From a virus (taxonomy: Duplodnaviria; Caudoviricetes): 31,838 bases of DNA. Made by a program: the position numbers and the translations under genes. Location: the IMG/VR virus record IMGVR_UViG_3300025066_000099, positions 1-31,838 of that record, one strand, 5' to 3'. Positions 15,402 to 27,081 of the stretch are shown here, piece by piece; position 1 is the first letter of the stretch; every line of letters begins with the position of its first letter. A model generated the notes under the pieces. It searched no databases, was not told the origin of the DNA, and saw only the letters and a list, made by a program, of their open reading frames with translations.

Positions 15402-16450
15402 TTATCTTGTTGTGCTATAAACTCAGCTAAGGTAGGTGGTTTTCTATTTATATTTATACCAATAGCAAAACTATCTTTTGAAAAAGCTATCTTTTTACCT
15501 CTAACTCTATAATTACCAGAAAACTTAGGGTCTTCAGTTTCAACCCTAATAACATCATTCTCACTAAGTTGAGAACCTTCAAAGGTTTCTATACCATATT
15601 CATATTGAGTAGTAAGATTAGACCTGAATACTTTTTGAGCAAAATCTTTACACTCTGCTGGGGATTTTAATCTGTCGTTAGATACTTCTAAATAATTTCT
15701 ATCATAAGCATCTATAGCTGTGTCATGAGTAAATGTACCTTTAACCCCATCTTTCCCGTTAACAATCACTATTGTTGGTACTTTCTTATTAACTATCTTT
15801 AAATTAGTGATGTTATTATATTCTGTAAATGTATGTGCAATAGGAGATGAATCTAAATTACTTTCCAATTCTATTATTAGTTGAGGATTTGTACCATCAT
15901 CTCCTACTTTTAATATATTAGTACGTGGTACAGAACCTGTATTGTCTATAGCACGTTTTAATAATTCTTTTATAATATCAATTATTTTTTTTGTTCCACG
16001 CAGAGGGGGGTCTGACGAACTAACTAATGGAGAAGTATCCCCTATATAGTCAGTTTTAATTTTAGTATCTAACTTAGCCATAACTAAAGCCTTTCTAATA
16101 GCATTAGCTGCTGTAAGTCCATCTAGATTTTTATCATCAGTAAGAGCAATCGAAGCCTGTCCTTTATTTCCTCCTTTTAACATATATCCTAAAGCATCTT
16201 GAGCAAATATTTCAACTTCTTCTAAATTTTCTTTTATACGTTTTATATAACCTCTGAATACGGGTTTACTATCATGGGCATTTAAAAAGAAAGTAACTTC
16301 TTTATTCCATAATTTTTGATACCCACTGAAACTAGCAGGTAAACTAAACTGTAAAGTAGCAGCAGTTAATCCTCCTGCTTGAGAATAACCTCCTTTTATA
16401 AAATTTGCTACACGACCCTCTATTCTAATCTCAGGAATAAGTACGCTCAT
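15398..16450 (-). CDS. Putative tail tip/baseplate hub protein
   Basis: Hub-like layout (VFRGYIKRI...EIFAQDAL...DVIRVE...FSGNYRV); last gene of the tail operon. Confidence 0.6.
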   Translation of the reverse strand: MSVLIPEIRIEGRVANFIKGGYSQAGGLTAATLQFSLPASFSGYQKLWNKEVTFFLNAHDSKPVFRGYIKRIKENLEEVEIFAQDALGYMLKGGNKGQASIALTDDKNLDGLTAANAIRKALVMAKLDTKIKTDYIGDTSPLVSSSDPPLRGTKKIIDIIKELLKRAIDNTGSVPRTNILKVGDDGTNPQLIIELESNLDSSPIAHTFTEYNNITNLKIVNKKVPTIVIVNGKDGVKGTFTHDTAIDAYDRNYLEVSNDRLKSPAECKDFAQKVFRSNLTTQYEYGIETFEGSQLSENDVIRVETEDPKFSGNYRVRGKKIAFSKDSFAIGININRKPPTLAEFIAQQDN

Positions 16451-19400
16451 TTTGGATTCCTCCTATAGCAAATCTATCAGTCATTAGTTCACCATTGGTA
16501 TTAATTAGAGCAATGTCTTTTATTATAACATTAAATGTATAAGATAATGGAGCACGAGGTCCACCCACACTACGTGTTTCATTGAGATTACTTACGATAC
16601 CCCATATTCTAATATAAGTTCCATCTTTTTGAGGTTCATCCCAATACACAGGAACGGAATCAGCTTGTAGTTTTCTTATCATATGTAAGTGTCCATACAT
16701 AGAAGCAGGATTAGAAGAACTTTGACTCTCAGTCCAAGCTTTGATATTACTCTCATCTCCAAGAGCTTTACTACTAAACCCTATTTGTTCTAACCCAATT
16801 CCGGTTTTAAGTATAAAGGTTTTACCTTGACGTGTAATAGCTCTATAGTATACACCGGTCCTTCTCATTGCTACATCACTTGTAATAGCAAGGGAATTTA
16901 AATTATAACCCGAATCATCAGTAGACTTTAATGTCACAGTATTACTTCGCGTAGCATCAAAGACATTCCATACTTCAGGGCAAGCGTTGTCAGCATCACC
17001 ATTTGATGTAGTACCACTTAGTGTAATTCTCAAAACATATTTAGCATTAGTTGCCCATGAACTACCAGTGAAAGCAGCTTGATTAGCATTATATTGATTT
17101 TTAAAGTAAGAAGTACCGTTATTATAATATTGTCCACCCACAGTTATTAACTCTGCGTTACCTGTAGCAGTTTGTTGACCTGCTACGTTAGTAGTGCTAT
17201 TGATAGCAAATACCTTAGATGAGCCCACAATAGAGTCATAAATATTAATACGACGAACATTACCTGTTATCGTTGTTATAGCTGGGACTTCATAATTAGA
17301 ATTAAATGCAGGAGACGAATCTGCTGTACCTACTTGAATACTTAAGGTTGTAGTACCATTCCATCCATCACTACTTCCACTACCTATCCAGAAAGCTGAA
17401 CCCTTGGAAAGGGCCGCACTGGGAGCGTCAGTAACAATAAACACATATTTATATCTTCCTACTTCAGCGATAGCACTATCACCTGTTCCAAACTTAGCTT
17501 GCATTTTTGTAGTCACATCAGACCCTGATATGTTATAAATACTGCCATAACCTGAAGGTGAAGCACCAGCACTAACTGTTCCAGTTACTAATACATCATC
17601 ACTTCCTGTAGCTATACAATCATTTAGAGTACCTGAGGAGGTATTATAAACTCCACCACATAAATCTTTAATAGAAGCAGCTGTCCAATCGGTAGGCATA
17701 TCATAAGATATAAAACCAGATTTAGCTAAAGAATTGTGAAATGATTGATATGTTTTTTCTGTCGTCTCAGTAACTTCTCTTTCTATGCGCGTAGTATCTT
17801 TGAATTCTAAAGGTTTCCAATAAGCATTTTGATTATAATCGGTATGGTTGTCCACATGTAGATATTCTACACCAGCTATTTTGAATCCAGCTACGTTAGT
17901 AAACCCAGACAACCCAGAAATTAAACCATTTGCGTAATTACTAATATTAAAACCTACTTTGTTTGTTTTATTATCAAATGTTAATATAATATATTCTGCA
18001 TCTTGAGTAGTAACATCTGTTCCTACTACATCAAGTTGAGGTGTAGTATTAATAGAAGATAATTTCATAACATTAGTCTCACCGTTATTTTTCATCTTAG
18101 AAGTATAATCAGTAACATTAGTGGTAGTAATTGAATCCGCACCGGTCCAATTAGGAGAAGGTTGACATAGGAAAACCTCAGGCTGATTAGTAGTTACTAT
18201 ACTACCAGACAATCCTCCTGCAACTACAGAGTTTCTTACCATATAATATTGGTCGTAAAACCTTCCATAGTCATCTAAAGCTACACTATCTTGTCTAATT
18301 TTATTATCATCATCTGCATTTACGTACCACAAAGATTCACTATTATTTCGGAATACTTCTTGAGTAACACGGCTTGTGGTAGAGTTACCATTAATACCGT
18401 AAGGGTTGACGAGATAAGAATAATGGAGTGGTTTTTGTGTGTTAGTGCCTATTGATGTGCCTGTACCGAGTATATTTGTACTTAAAGACCATTGTTCAAC
18501 AGGACTAAACCATCCTTTACCATTATCATACCTATAATCAGATATAGCTATATTAGACGCAGCCGCTCTACTCTGTCCCATATCCATAATACTAAAATGT
18601 TGGTTGTCATCTACACTCTTTATTGGAGAACCAGCACTAACATAAGTTATAGGATAAAATTTACCATCAGCGGCTTTAGTCACTAAAAATATCTTTAATC
18701 TATTAAATATTTCATTGGTTGTGTAATCAGTACCAAGGGCTACAAAATCAGTCGCACTAGTATCATAAGTTGCTTTACAACTATTAAATTTAAATTTAAG
18801 TATTTTAGAAAAGGTTGCATTTTCTAGTTCATTCATTGTATCGAAAAAATCATAAACTGCATATTGATTAGCTGCGGTAGTTAAATTTATAGTAAACGTA
18901 AAGGTTTCTTGTTTAGATAAAGAACCTAACTCTATCTGACTTTCAACACCATTATCAGCGTCGAATTTATTTCTGTGGGTTACTGCTTCTATAGATAAAT
19001 TTACTCCTTTAACCGTACCCGTAAGCTCAGGTCCTGAAAGGGTAGGGGCAATAGCTACATATACTTTTTTAGCTCCCTCTACCTCTAAAATAGAATTATC
19101 TATACCAGCCACCGGTAATGTGTTTTCTACTTTCATAAAAGCTAAAGGTTCTGCATCATTAGCTTTACAAGGTTGTATTCCTGTATCTTTGGAGAAAGGG
19201 GTTACATCTGTATTACTATCTTCATTAGCATAATACCGCGATACAAAACCCCTAGAATTAATAAGTTGAACTACGGGGTAAAAATTACCTGATTTATTAT
19301 ATGTATGTTTAGCTTCGTGAGATGTCTTTGGTTCTGTCAATTGAATCCATTGATAATTAGCTTCTTCTTTTTTATTGCTTTCTCCATCATCCCAATCTAT

Positions 19401-19514
19401 ATAAACAGCTCTGACATCATTATCTTTAAATGTTAAAGTGGCAGTTCGTTCTTCGTTTACCTTACCACTAACAGCTTCATCCCAAGTTAACGTCATAATG
19501 TAGTAGCCCTCCAC
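16431..19514 (-). CDS. Large tail/virion protein with an N-terminal PKD-like domain
   Basis: IDWDDGES...HTYNKSGNFYPVVQL is PKD-like; the body is Ser/Thr/Gly/Asn-rich and beta-rich; position in the tail module. Confidence 0.65.
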   Translation of the reverse strand: MEGYYIMTLTWDEAVSGKVNEERTATLTFKDNDVRAVYIDWDDGESNKKEEANYQWIQLTEPKTSHEAKHTYNKSGNFYPVVQLINSRGFVSRYYANEDSNTDVTPFSKDTGIQPCKANDAEPLAFMKVENTLPVAGIDNSILEVEGAKKVYVAIAPTLSGPELTGTVKGVNLSIEAVTHRNKFDADNGVESQIELGSLSKQETFTFTINLTTAANQYAVYDFFDTMNELENATFSKILKFKFNSCKATYDTSATDFVALGTDYTTNEIFNRLKIFLVTKAADGKFYPITYVSAGSPIKSVDDNQHFSIMDMGQSRAAASNIAISDYRYDNGKGWFSPVEQWSLSTNILGTGTSIGTNTQKPLHYSYLVNPYGINGNSTTSRVTQEVFRNNSESLWYVNADDDNKIRQDSVALDDYGRFYDQYYMVRNSVVAGGLSGSIVTTNQPEVFLCQPSPNWTGADSITTTNVTDYTSKMKNNGETNVMKLSSINTTPQLDVVGTDVTTQDAEYIILTFDNKTNKVGFNISNYANGLISGLSGFTNVAGFKIAGVEYLHVDNHTDYNQNAYWKPLEFKDTTRIEREVTETTEKTYQSFHNSLAKSGFISYDMPTDWTAASIKDLCGGVYNTSSGTLNDCIATGSDDVLVTGTVSAGASPSGYGSIYNISGSDVTTKMQAKFGTGDSAIAEVGRYKYVFIVTDAPSAALSKGSAFWIGSGSSDGWNGTTTLSIQVGTADSSPAFNSNYEVPAITTITGNVRRINIYDSIVGSSKVFAINSTTNVAGQQTATGNAELITVGGQYYNNGTSYFKNQYNANQAAFTGSSWATNAKYVLRITLSGTTSNGDADNACPEVWNVFDATRSNTVTLKSTDDSGYNLNSLAITSDVAMRRTGVYYRAITRQGKTFILKTGIGLEQIGFSSKALGDESNIKAWTESQSSSNPASMYGHLHMIRKLQADSVPVYWDEPQKDGTYIRIWGIVSNLNETRSVGGPRAPLSYTFNVIIKDIALINTNGELMTDRFAIGGIQNERTYS

Positions 19515-22500
19515 GTAACAGAATTACTTTCCGCTACTTGTCCTGCGCTTGTACCTCTAATATTATGGTAATCAAATACAAACAATCTAGCTAAGTGTCC
19601 TGCTATATTATTATTTGAATCTAAATCTAAGGTGTTTATAGTACTATATATTTTCTCATTGGGTTCTTCACATACAACTAGTGCCGAATCATAAAAACAA
19701 AATTCTTCAATTTGTCCGTGGAAAGGGTCAGCATTATCATATCTACCACCTATGTATAAAGAACCAGTAACGACGTTATTAAATTCGGCACCAGATGGTG
19801 CTTCAACACCTGTAGCTGACATTTCTTTTTTACCATTTAAGTAAACATTTAAATCAGTACTTCCAGCAGCGTCTTCATCAAAGACCACTATTACATTTAT
19901 CGGTGTCTCACCATCATAAGGTAGATAGGTAGTACCAGTAAGTGCAGAGGACAATCCTTTTTGGTCATATAGTAGTTTGTTACCAGATAGTGTACATTCT
20001 ATACCTGTCTTAGACCCAATAGAAGGTCCTCCTCCACCTAAAGAGAAAAGAGTAAGGTTATTAGCATCTGAACTACTATCAGGTACAGCATGACATACTA
20101 TTGAAAAAGTTGTAGCTCCTGAGACTACACTATTAGTACCACTAACTCTTATTTTTTCTGTAGTAGTGTGAGCAAAATTTGGTGCCCACCCTGCTAATCC
20201 ATCAATTTGAGAATATGGTAATGTATAACTTGTTACAGCACTACCTGTTGCATCTACAGTGTAACTAGTGTTTGCCATTGGGTTTGTTGCAGTAAATGTA
20301 GCACGTTGGTCAAATGAACTAGGCGCATCATTCAAAGGTACATGTATTCTACAGGATTCGTATTTATTAGCTACAGAGCCAGTATCATTTATTATCATAT
20401 ATCTATACCACACATCATCTGCTTGTTCTTTCCAATTAAAAGTCACAGAATTTAAATCCTCGTGTGTTAAATTATAAGGGCTTTCGGATGAATCTAATAA
20501 ATTAAAAGTAGGGGATACTGTGAAATCATTCACTTCTGGTATTGGGTCTGCATATTCATATATGAATTGAGGGTGATATAACGAAGTAGCATGGGCTGGT
20601 GTTACTATAGTAGCTTTATTTTTAATTTTGTCTTCTAATTTCACAAACAAGTTAAAATTGTCTTTACTATTGTCTATATAATCTATTATACCTTTGATTG
20701 GGGCTATTAAGTATTCAGATTCTATAAGTGGTTCTTGAGCTACATAACCGCCTGTGCCATTCTCTTCATCAAAGGCTCCATGACCATAGTCATAATCTGT
20801 AATTAAATAAGCCTGTTGTGAAGATACAGTGTTAATATCCCATGTATTAGTGTAAACCGCAGATTTACCTACAGTTGCTTCACTACCTGTAGCATAATGG
20901 TAATACCATTCATTAAATGTACTTCCTAATTGATTATAATTACTATCACTAGGAGTTTCATTAACCAAAGCAAATTGACCAAAACTTCTTTGTGTATATG
21001 AGTTATCTGTCTTATACTGCATTGTTGCCCAGTATTTTTTAGGACACACCCATAGTACAGATAATTTTTCCTCAGTACACACAGACACACTAGCACTACC
21101 GTCAGACCTTATTATACTCTTATCAAATGTTATTGTATTACCAACAACAGATACTAATTTTACAGAAGTCGTATATCCTCTCGTATTATAAGTAGTATTA
21201 ATACTGTCGGCTGTGCCGGCCATATATATAATATATTCATCATCTGCATTAATATTAAACATACTTGGGTCGGCTACTTGTATTTGATATTGATTTAAAT
21301 CCCTATTCATCAATGGTACAGCTGTTATTTTAGTAGAAGCTAATATATGTTCTCGAGAATGCCAACCAGTATAACCTACGGCGTCGGCCGCAGTTCCAGA
21401 TACATAGAGTTGTATAAAACCTTTCTGAGAAAGACCATCAGTGGAGAAAATAGTATTGGCACCATTACCCATAGCAAAACCATTATTCGGTGCACTAGCT
21501 GATGCCATATCATCTCCTGCTATACATTGTCCTGCTGTTTTGAAAACTGCATCCGCGGCTGAGGTGGCACCATCAGTTCGTCTATAATTATCTCCTCTGT
21601 ATTGATTACCAAGATAATTTACAAAGTTGTTAGTAACGGTTGTATTTAATGAGAATATTGCACCTGAACTTAACGCAGGTAGTACTTGATTTATATTAGG
21701 CCAGTCTGAAGTACCGAAATTACTCATTAAAAGATATCCTTTTTTACCATCTGTAACGTTTTGTGGCATCCAAGTCTTTTCATCGAAACCAAACATTAAA
21801 TAACCACCCGGAGATAATTCTTGGTATGATGCTCCTTGTTCTGAAGTGTATGAAGGACTAGGACCAGCTGAAGTATATAAACCACTACCAGATACAAACG
21901 CCCCCATTTCAACCGTTTCACCACCGGATAAAGTTCCAGATATATGATGGAAAGGTGTAGTTAATGTGTTATTTATAAGAGTGCCTCTGTAGTAGTTATC
22001 CTGACTGGCGCTCATATTAGTTAAGGGTGGGGTAAAATCTACAAGTTTAACATTATCTAAATAAACTTCAGCTTCCATAGATACTGGGTCACTATATACA
22101 GTGTCATCTCCATTTTTAAACCATGAAGCATTACCAGCACTAGCTTGAGTATTACCCTTTATCCATCTATAATTTTGTACCCAAACAGTCATATGTTTAG
22201 GAAACATTTTCAGGTCAGATGTCGTTATATTTCCAGTAGTAGGGTCGATAGCATTTCCAGTATGTAAGAATGTATAAGGGTCTATGTCATCAGACAATGA
22301 AGACCTAGTATCTCCGACTGGGAAAGGTATATCTAAAAATCTCATCTCTTCCATTGTATTTTGACCTTTACGTGATTCTATTAAAGCATTATCTACAACA
22401 CTAGTAGCCTCCGTAGTGTCGAAAACAACACGCATCCCCACTCCACCACTAGCTAAAGTAGATTGACCTGCTGTAGTAGTACCTCCTCTTGGGAATCCTT

Positions 22501-24493
22501 TATAAGGAGCGAGACTAGAAGAACCAGTCCAATTAACAGCTTGAGCATCTATATAAAATTTCATATTGAAATATTGATTTAAAGGAAGAGCTACTTGTCT
22601 TTCAGAACCACTTAAAAACACACCACTTCCAGTAGGATATGCGTTACCTCTGGTTGTACTATTAAACAATGGACTATTCATAATTAGGTGAGGACCAAAA
22701 GCAGTAGGTGTATCCTGTGTCCCACTCACAAAAGAAACCATACCATAATAACCCACATCACCTGCGGTGGAAGTAGAATCATAACCGTTTAAACTACTAG
22801 TTCCATATGGAGCGTTTAAGTCTGGGTTACGAGTTACGGGTAAAGCTTGTGCATAAGCAAAGGAATTACTCTCATCCTGTGAACCATCTATATCTAATTT
22901 TCTAATAATTACTCCACCTAAAATTCCTCCAACAGTATTTTTGTTACCATAGGACTGTCTCATTCCATATTCAAGGAAATCATCTAAAGTACGGTGTGTA
23001 TCTAACGGTTTAAAATTAGAAAAAACAATAGCAACACATCGCAAAGTAGAAAGACTATTGTTTTCATACTCTATATAACCAGTTGTGCTAGAAGTAGTAG
23101 TAGAAATATCAAGGTTGCCTGTAGCAGAAGTTCTTTGATAATCATAAAGCAACCAAGCTTTAGCTGGGTCACCAAAAGTAGCAGTGTCGGCATCACTGGC
23201 GTCTGAACGAGTTCCAGAACCAGCTGATTGCCTAATAGCCCATTGTGGACACGGCCCTAATTTTTCAATAAGCATATCCATACTTATGTGGGGTAAGACT
23301 GTTCGACGGTCACCACGTACATTATATCCTGCATCTATTGGTTGTGGTAAAGGTATATTATACATTCCCGCCATAGCTACTTGACAATTAGCATCATTAG
23401 GTCCTCCTAAGTATTTTTCCATCAAACTATTTCTAATAACAGTGTTATATTCAGCAGCTGCACCCCAATTATGATAAAACCTTAAAGATTGATTACCTTC
23501 ACTTACTTTATCTTGAGTAACTTCTATAGAAGACATAAGTAAAGGGTTATTATCGTCAGCATCATATGGGTTAGAAAAATTCATAGTATTTCGGTATGTA
23601 TCAAATATGGTGTCGTTAACCGAAGGAGAGTGAGAACTATAATCTGGACTCTGGCTTGTTTGCGTATAGCTACTCCGTCCTTGAAAGCTTCCAAAATTGT
23701 TTGACAATCCAAAATGGTCAAGAGGAAAAATATACCCATAATGGTCTGCTGCTTCTCTTGAAAACTTTACATCTGGATAATCATTATTATCAAATATTAC
23801 ATAATAATAGTTTACATCAGCGTTAAGCATCAATAAATCTCGACCCATGTCATCTTTAACAACACGGGCATTAGAACCCGACGTGTTAACATATTGGTGA
23901 TAAATCTCAACTTGAGATACTAATGTGAATAATGTCGCCGCAAGTTCTATTTCTACGGCATGAGTAGCTCCCCCACTAGGGCCAGTAAGTGCAGTTGCTG
24001 TACTATACCACATACTTCCGTGATTTTTAAACTTTAATATAGCTAAAGGGTCACCAGAAAATTGTTCTTCTTTAAAAATATTATGACCCGTCCAACTAGT
24101 ATTGACCACAGTAAGTTTATCTCCTACAGACTTAGTCTCTCCTTCATATGTAGCTGTAGGAAGAGTAAAAGAACCTGTAGTTAGTGAAAGCTGAGGATTT
24201 ACGTTCCAGATATTTAGTTCAGGAGGTACTCCTGAAGTATTTCTTAAATCAGTACCACTAACATACATACTTAATTTAGCATCAGTCAAGTTATACTCTC
24301 CAAAACCAGCATTAATATCAAAATTAGTACTACCTGAAAACACCCCATATATATTAGCATCTACTTTACTTAATTCAAGTAGGCCACTAGCTTCTTTTTG
24401 AGGTAAATCACCAAAATCACTCTGTAATACTGCTATAGAACCTAATGGTTTAGTAATATAAAATTTATTTTGTTTTGGTACTAGCCCTTTCAT
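19493..24493 (-). CDS. Large tail adhesin/receptor-binding protein with a C-terminal LamG (ConA-like) domain
   Basis: C-terminal NVYLNGK...SLYIGGRY...FHGQIEEFCFYDSAL is LamG-like, preceded by an FN3-like segment; follows the tape measure gene. Confidence 0.7.
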   Translation of the reverse strand: MKGLVPKQNKFYITKPLGSIAVLQSDFGDLPQKEASGLLELSKVDANIYGVFSGSTNFDINAGFGEYNLTDAKLSMYVSGTDLRNTSGVPPELNIWNVNPQLSLTTGSFTLPTATYEGETKSVGDKLTVVNTSWTGHNIFKEEQFSGDPLAILKFKNHGSMWYSTATALTGPSGGATHAVEIELAATLFTLVSQVEIYHQYVNTSGSNARVVKDDMGRDLLMLNADVNYYYVIFDNNDYPDVKFSREAADHYGYIFPLDHFGLSNNFGSFQGRSSYTQTSQSPDYSSHSPSVNDTIFDTYRNTMNFSNPYDADDNNPLLMSSIEVTQDKVSEGNQSLRFYHNWGAAAEYNTVIRNSLMEKYLGGPNDANCQVAMAGMYNIPLPQPIDAGYNVRGDRRTVLPHISMDMLIEKLGPCPQWAIRQSAGSGTRSDASDADTATFGDPAKAWLLYDYQRTSATGNLDISTTTSSTTGYIEYENNSLSTLRCVAIVFSNFKPLDTHRTLDDFLEYGMRQSYGNKNTVGGILGGVIIRKLDIDGSQDESNSFAYAQALPVTRNPDLNAPYGTSSLNGYDSTSTAGDVGYYGMVSFVSGTQDTPTAFGPHLIMNSPLFNSTTRGNAYPTGSGVFLSGSERQVALPLNQYFNMKFYIDAQAVNWTGSSSLAPYKGFPRGGTTTAGQSTLASGGVGMRVVFDTTEATSVVDNALIESRKGQNTMEEMRFLDIPFPVGDTRSSLSDDIDPYTFLHTGNAIDPTTGNITTSDLKMFPKHMTVWVQNYRWIKGNTQASAGNASWFKNGDDTVYSDPVSMEAEVYLDNVKLVDFTPPLTNMSASQDNYYRGTLINNTLTTPFHHISGTLSGGETVEMGAFVSGSGLYTSAGPSPSYTSEQGASYQELSPGGYLMFGFDEKTWMPQNVTDGKKGYLLMSNFGTSDWPNINQVLPALSSGAIFSLNTTVTNNFVNYLGNQYRGDNYRRTDGATSAADAVFKTAGQCIAGDDMASASAPNNGFAMGNGANTIFSTDGLSQKGFIQLYVSGTAADAVGYTGWHSREHILASTKITAVPLMNRDLNQYQIQVADPSMFNINADDEYIIYMAGTADSINTTYNTRGYTTSVKLVSVVGNTITFDKSIIRSDGSASVSVCTEEKLSVLWVCPKKYWATMQYKTDNSYTQRSFGQFALVNETPSDSNYNQLGSTFNEWYYHYATGSEATVGKSAVYTNTWDINTVSSQQAYLITDYDYGHGAFDEENGTGGYVAQEPLIESEYLIAPIKGIIDYIDNSKDNFNLFVKLEDKIKNKATIVTPAHATSLYHPQFIYEYADPIPEVNDFTVSPTFNLLDSSESPYNLTHEDLNSVTFNWKEQADDVWYRYMIINDTGSVANKYESCRIHVPLNDAPSSFDQRATFTATNPMANTSYTVDATGSAVTSYTLPYSQIDGLAGWAPNFAHTTTEKIRVSGTNSVVSGATTFSIVCHAVPDSSSDANNLTLFSLGGGGPSIGSKTGIECTLSGNKLLYDQKGLSSALTGTTYLPYDGETPINVIVVFDEDAAGSTDLNVYLNGKKEMSATGVEAPSGAEFNNVVTGSLYIGGRYDNADPFHGQIEEFCFYDSALVVCEEPNEKIYSTINTLDLDSNNNIAGHLARLFVFDYHNIRGTSAGQVAESNSVTWRATTL

Positions 24494-27081
24494 CAGACAA
24501 TACCTCCAAAGGAATCAATACCAATAGTTACATTCTTCATGACCATACCACTTCCTATACTATTTTGGGTGGCGCCATTATTTAAAAGTTGTCCTGCTGA
24601 TTCAGGAACAAATAATTCTGGTCCTTGTTCTCCTACAAGATATGGAGAGCCACCAGATGGGAATCCTCCTTGAGCCATTGGTGTTAAATAACCACCCGCA
24701 GCCTTTTCTTTAGTATAGTGTCTATATGCTAAATATCCTCCACCTAGAACTAAACCAGCCATTCCCAAACTACCCAACATACCGAGGCGAGCTAAACCAG
24801 CACCTCTTGTTAATGTAGGGGCTACGTTAGCAGCATTTCCACCTCTCTGAGCGTGATAAGCTAAGTTCATTGCACCACCTGTTTTCCATGCAGCAGCACC
24901 TGCACCTGTATTAGCTGCTCGGAAAGCTGCGTAACTCATTCCACCACCTCCACCAGCTAAACCTGCACCCATAGATAAAACTCGTGATGCAGCATAAGCA
25001 TTCATAGCTGTAGTTAATGACCACGTCAAAGCAGTCGTGATTGGTATAATTGAATTGATTAATTTAAATTGTAAATACATTTCTAATAAACCGGGCGGCA
25101 TTTTATTAACAAACTCTAACAATATCTCTAGTGGCATCGCTAATAATTGTAAAGTTCCTTTCCAATCTATATTAGCTTCAGCTAAATCTTGTATTATTTC
25201 TATGAAACCTTCAGCAAGTTCAATAAATACTTCTACCCCATCTACTGCCAATGCTTGTATAGCCATACCTGTCTCAGTTAACTGTTGCTCAGCTCCCTCA
25301 CCTTCTATAATAATACCCCTAAAATTCTCAATTGCAGTTACAATTGATTCATGGAAAGCGTTGAGATAACCAGTTCCCTCATAAGCTGCATCTCTAAATG
25401 CAAAAATAGAAAGAACATTAGTTTTTAAAATCTGAACTTGAGCAGATAATGATTTATTCTGTTCTTCAATCATCGCATCTAATTGACCACCTGCGTTTTC
25501 AGTATCTTCAACAGCCTGTGTAAACTCATCGGAGGCTTGAACTAAGTGGATAAATGCCGTAGCACCACGCACATTCAAGTCTTCTATCAGAGTAGTTAGT
25601 AACTCTGTATTCGATGCAGTCTCAGGCCCAACTGCGGCAGCGAACTGAGCAGCTATCTCAGTTAATTGCATCATTTCACCTTCAGCATTTAGGATTTCTA
25701 CTCCCATCTTACGGAAACCTACCTCAGCATCCATAGCACTTTCAGCAAATTCAGCCAATGCTTGTCTTAGACCCCTACCAGCTATACCAGCCTCTAAAGC
25801 TCTATTAGTCAATATCTGTAAAGCCCCTAACAATTGGTCAATAGATTGCCCTGTAGAGGTAAAGAAAGGTAGAGCAAACTTAACAGCGCTTGCTAAATCT
25901 TGATACTCAATAAGAGACTTCTGAATAGCAAAAGCGAATTTATCTGTCACTTCTGATGCTTGTTCCATTTCCATCCCAAAACCAAAGATAGTCTGGGCAG
26001 TTAATTTAGATATAGTATTGTGGTCTCCTTGTACAGCCATAGATAACTTCAAAGTGTGGGGTAATACTTCCATAGCTTCGTTGGCTGACAAACCTGCCGA
26101 AGCAAGTTGGTACATACCTTCTGCTCCATTTTGTACAGCAATACCATATTGGTTACCAAATTTCATTATCTCATTTCCAACTGTGAATAGTTCATCATGA
26201 GTTAAATTGAAAACAGAGTTAGCGTTAATTAGTTCGCGTTCAAACTCCATTAGAGATGTAGTAGCTCTGTGTATTTGAAAGCCTAAAGCAGTCATAATAG
26301 CTACGGTGTTTCGTAAAGCATCATTAAAATTAGTTCTAAGGGTGTTAGCCATCCCAGTAAATTGAGCCCCTATACCAGCACCTTCATCGTCCATATCGCT
26401 CATTTCTTGATTGATAGCGTGCATTTCACCATCAATTTGCTTTAATACCCCAAGTCTCTGTTTTTCCTTATTTACGACTTCCTTTAATTTTTCTAAATTT
26501 CGACGTTGTTGTTTTGCTTCTTTTGTAGTTATAGTTCTAACATCATTTACTGCTTTTTGTCTTTCTCTCTCCTTTGTTACTAGACGCTGAGCATTCAGTA
26601 AAATACCGTTTTGATGTCTAATTTGTTCTTGTCTTTCCATTTTATTCATTCTAGACATTCTTACAGCCATTTCTTGCATGGTACGCATGCCTGTAGCAGT
26701 TTCGAATGAACCTAAATTTCGTTGAGCAAAGGGTTTATTCATTTCTTTGGTTAAATCTTTATATTCTTGACTAGTTCTTTTAAATACTCGACGTGTGTTT
26801 TTTATAGATTGTTTACTCATTTTGTCTAAATTTTGTTGTAATTTTTGAGTTATGTAGGTTGAGGTTCGTTCTGCGCTGGTTCGAGCTGTTTGATTAAGTT
26901 TTGCTACATTTTTTTTATATTCTCCTGTTAAATCAGCAGATTTTGAAGCCAGTTTGATACGATTATGCATAGCTTTTATACCTTGAGCAAGCAAACTACC
27001 GGTCTTATTAAGAGCCTTTGGGCTCGGAACGGCTAATCCTATCGCGACACGCGCTGCAAAAACTTGTCCTGCGAAACCCAT
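24493..27081 (-). CDS. Tail tape measure protein (TP901-type core)
   Basis: Helical Ala-rich protein with AEGMYQLASAGL...AGRGLRQAL...MGVEILNAEGEM core, hydrophobic segments and C-terminal YLVGEQGPELFVP. Confidence 0.92.
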   Translation of the reverse strand: MGFAGQVFAARVAIGLAVPSPKALNKTGSLLAQGIKAMHNRIKLASKSADLTGEYKKNVAKLNQTARTSAERTSTYITQKLQQNLDKMSKQSIKNTRRVFKRTSQEYKDLTKEMNKPFAQRNLGSFETATGMRTMQEMAVRMSRMNKMERQEQIRHQNGILLNAQRLVTKERERQKAVNDVRTITTKEAKQQRRNLEKLKEVVNKEKQRLGVLKQIDGEMHAINQEMSDMDDEGAGIGAQFTGMANTLRTNFNDALRNTVAIMTALGFQIHRATTSLMEFERELINANSVFNLTHDELFTVGNEIMKFGNQYGIAVQNGAEGMYQLASAGLSANEAMEVLPHTLKLSMAVQGDHNTISKLTAQTIFGFGMEMEQASEVTDKFAFAIQKSLIEYQDLASAVKFALPFFTSTGQSIDQLLGALQILTNRALEAGIAGRGLRQALAEFAESAMDAEVGFRKMGVEILNAEGEMMQLTEIAAQFAAAVGPETASNTELLTTLIEDLNVRGATAFIHLVQASDEFTQAVEDTENAGGQLDAMIEEQNKSLSAQVQILKTNVLSIFAFRDAAYEGTGYLNAFHESIVTAIENFRGIIIEGEGAEQQLTETGMAIQALAVDGVEVFIELAEGFIEIIQDLAEANIDWKGTLQLLAMPLEILLEFVNKMPPGLLEMYLQFKLINSIIPITTALTWSLTTAMNAYAASRVLSMGAGLAGGGGGMSYAAFRAANTGAGAAAWKTGGAMNLAYHAQRGGNAANVAPTLTRGAGLARLGMLGSLGMAGLVLGGGYLAYRHYTKEKAAGGYLTPMAQGGFPSGGSPYLVGEQGPELFVPESAGQLLNNGATQNSIGSGMVMKNVTIGIDSFGGIV

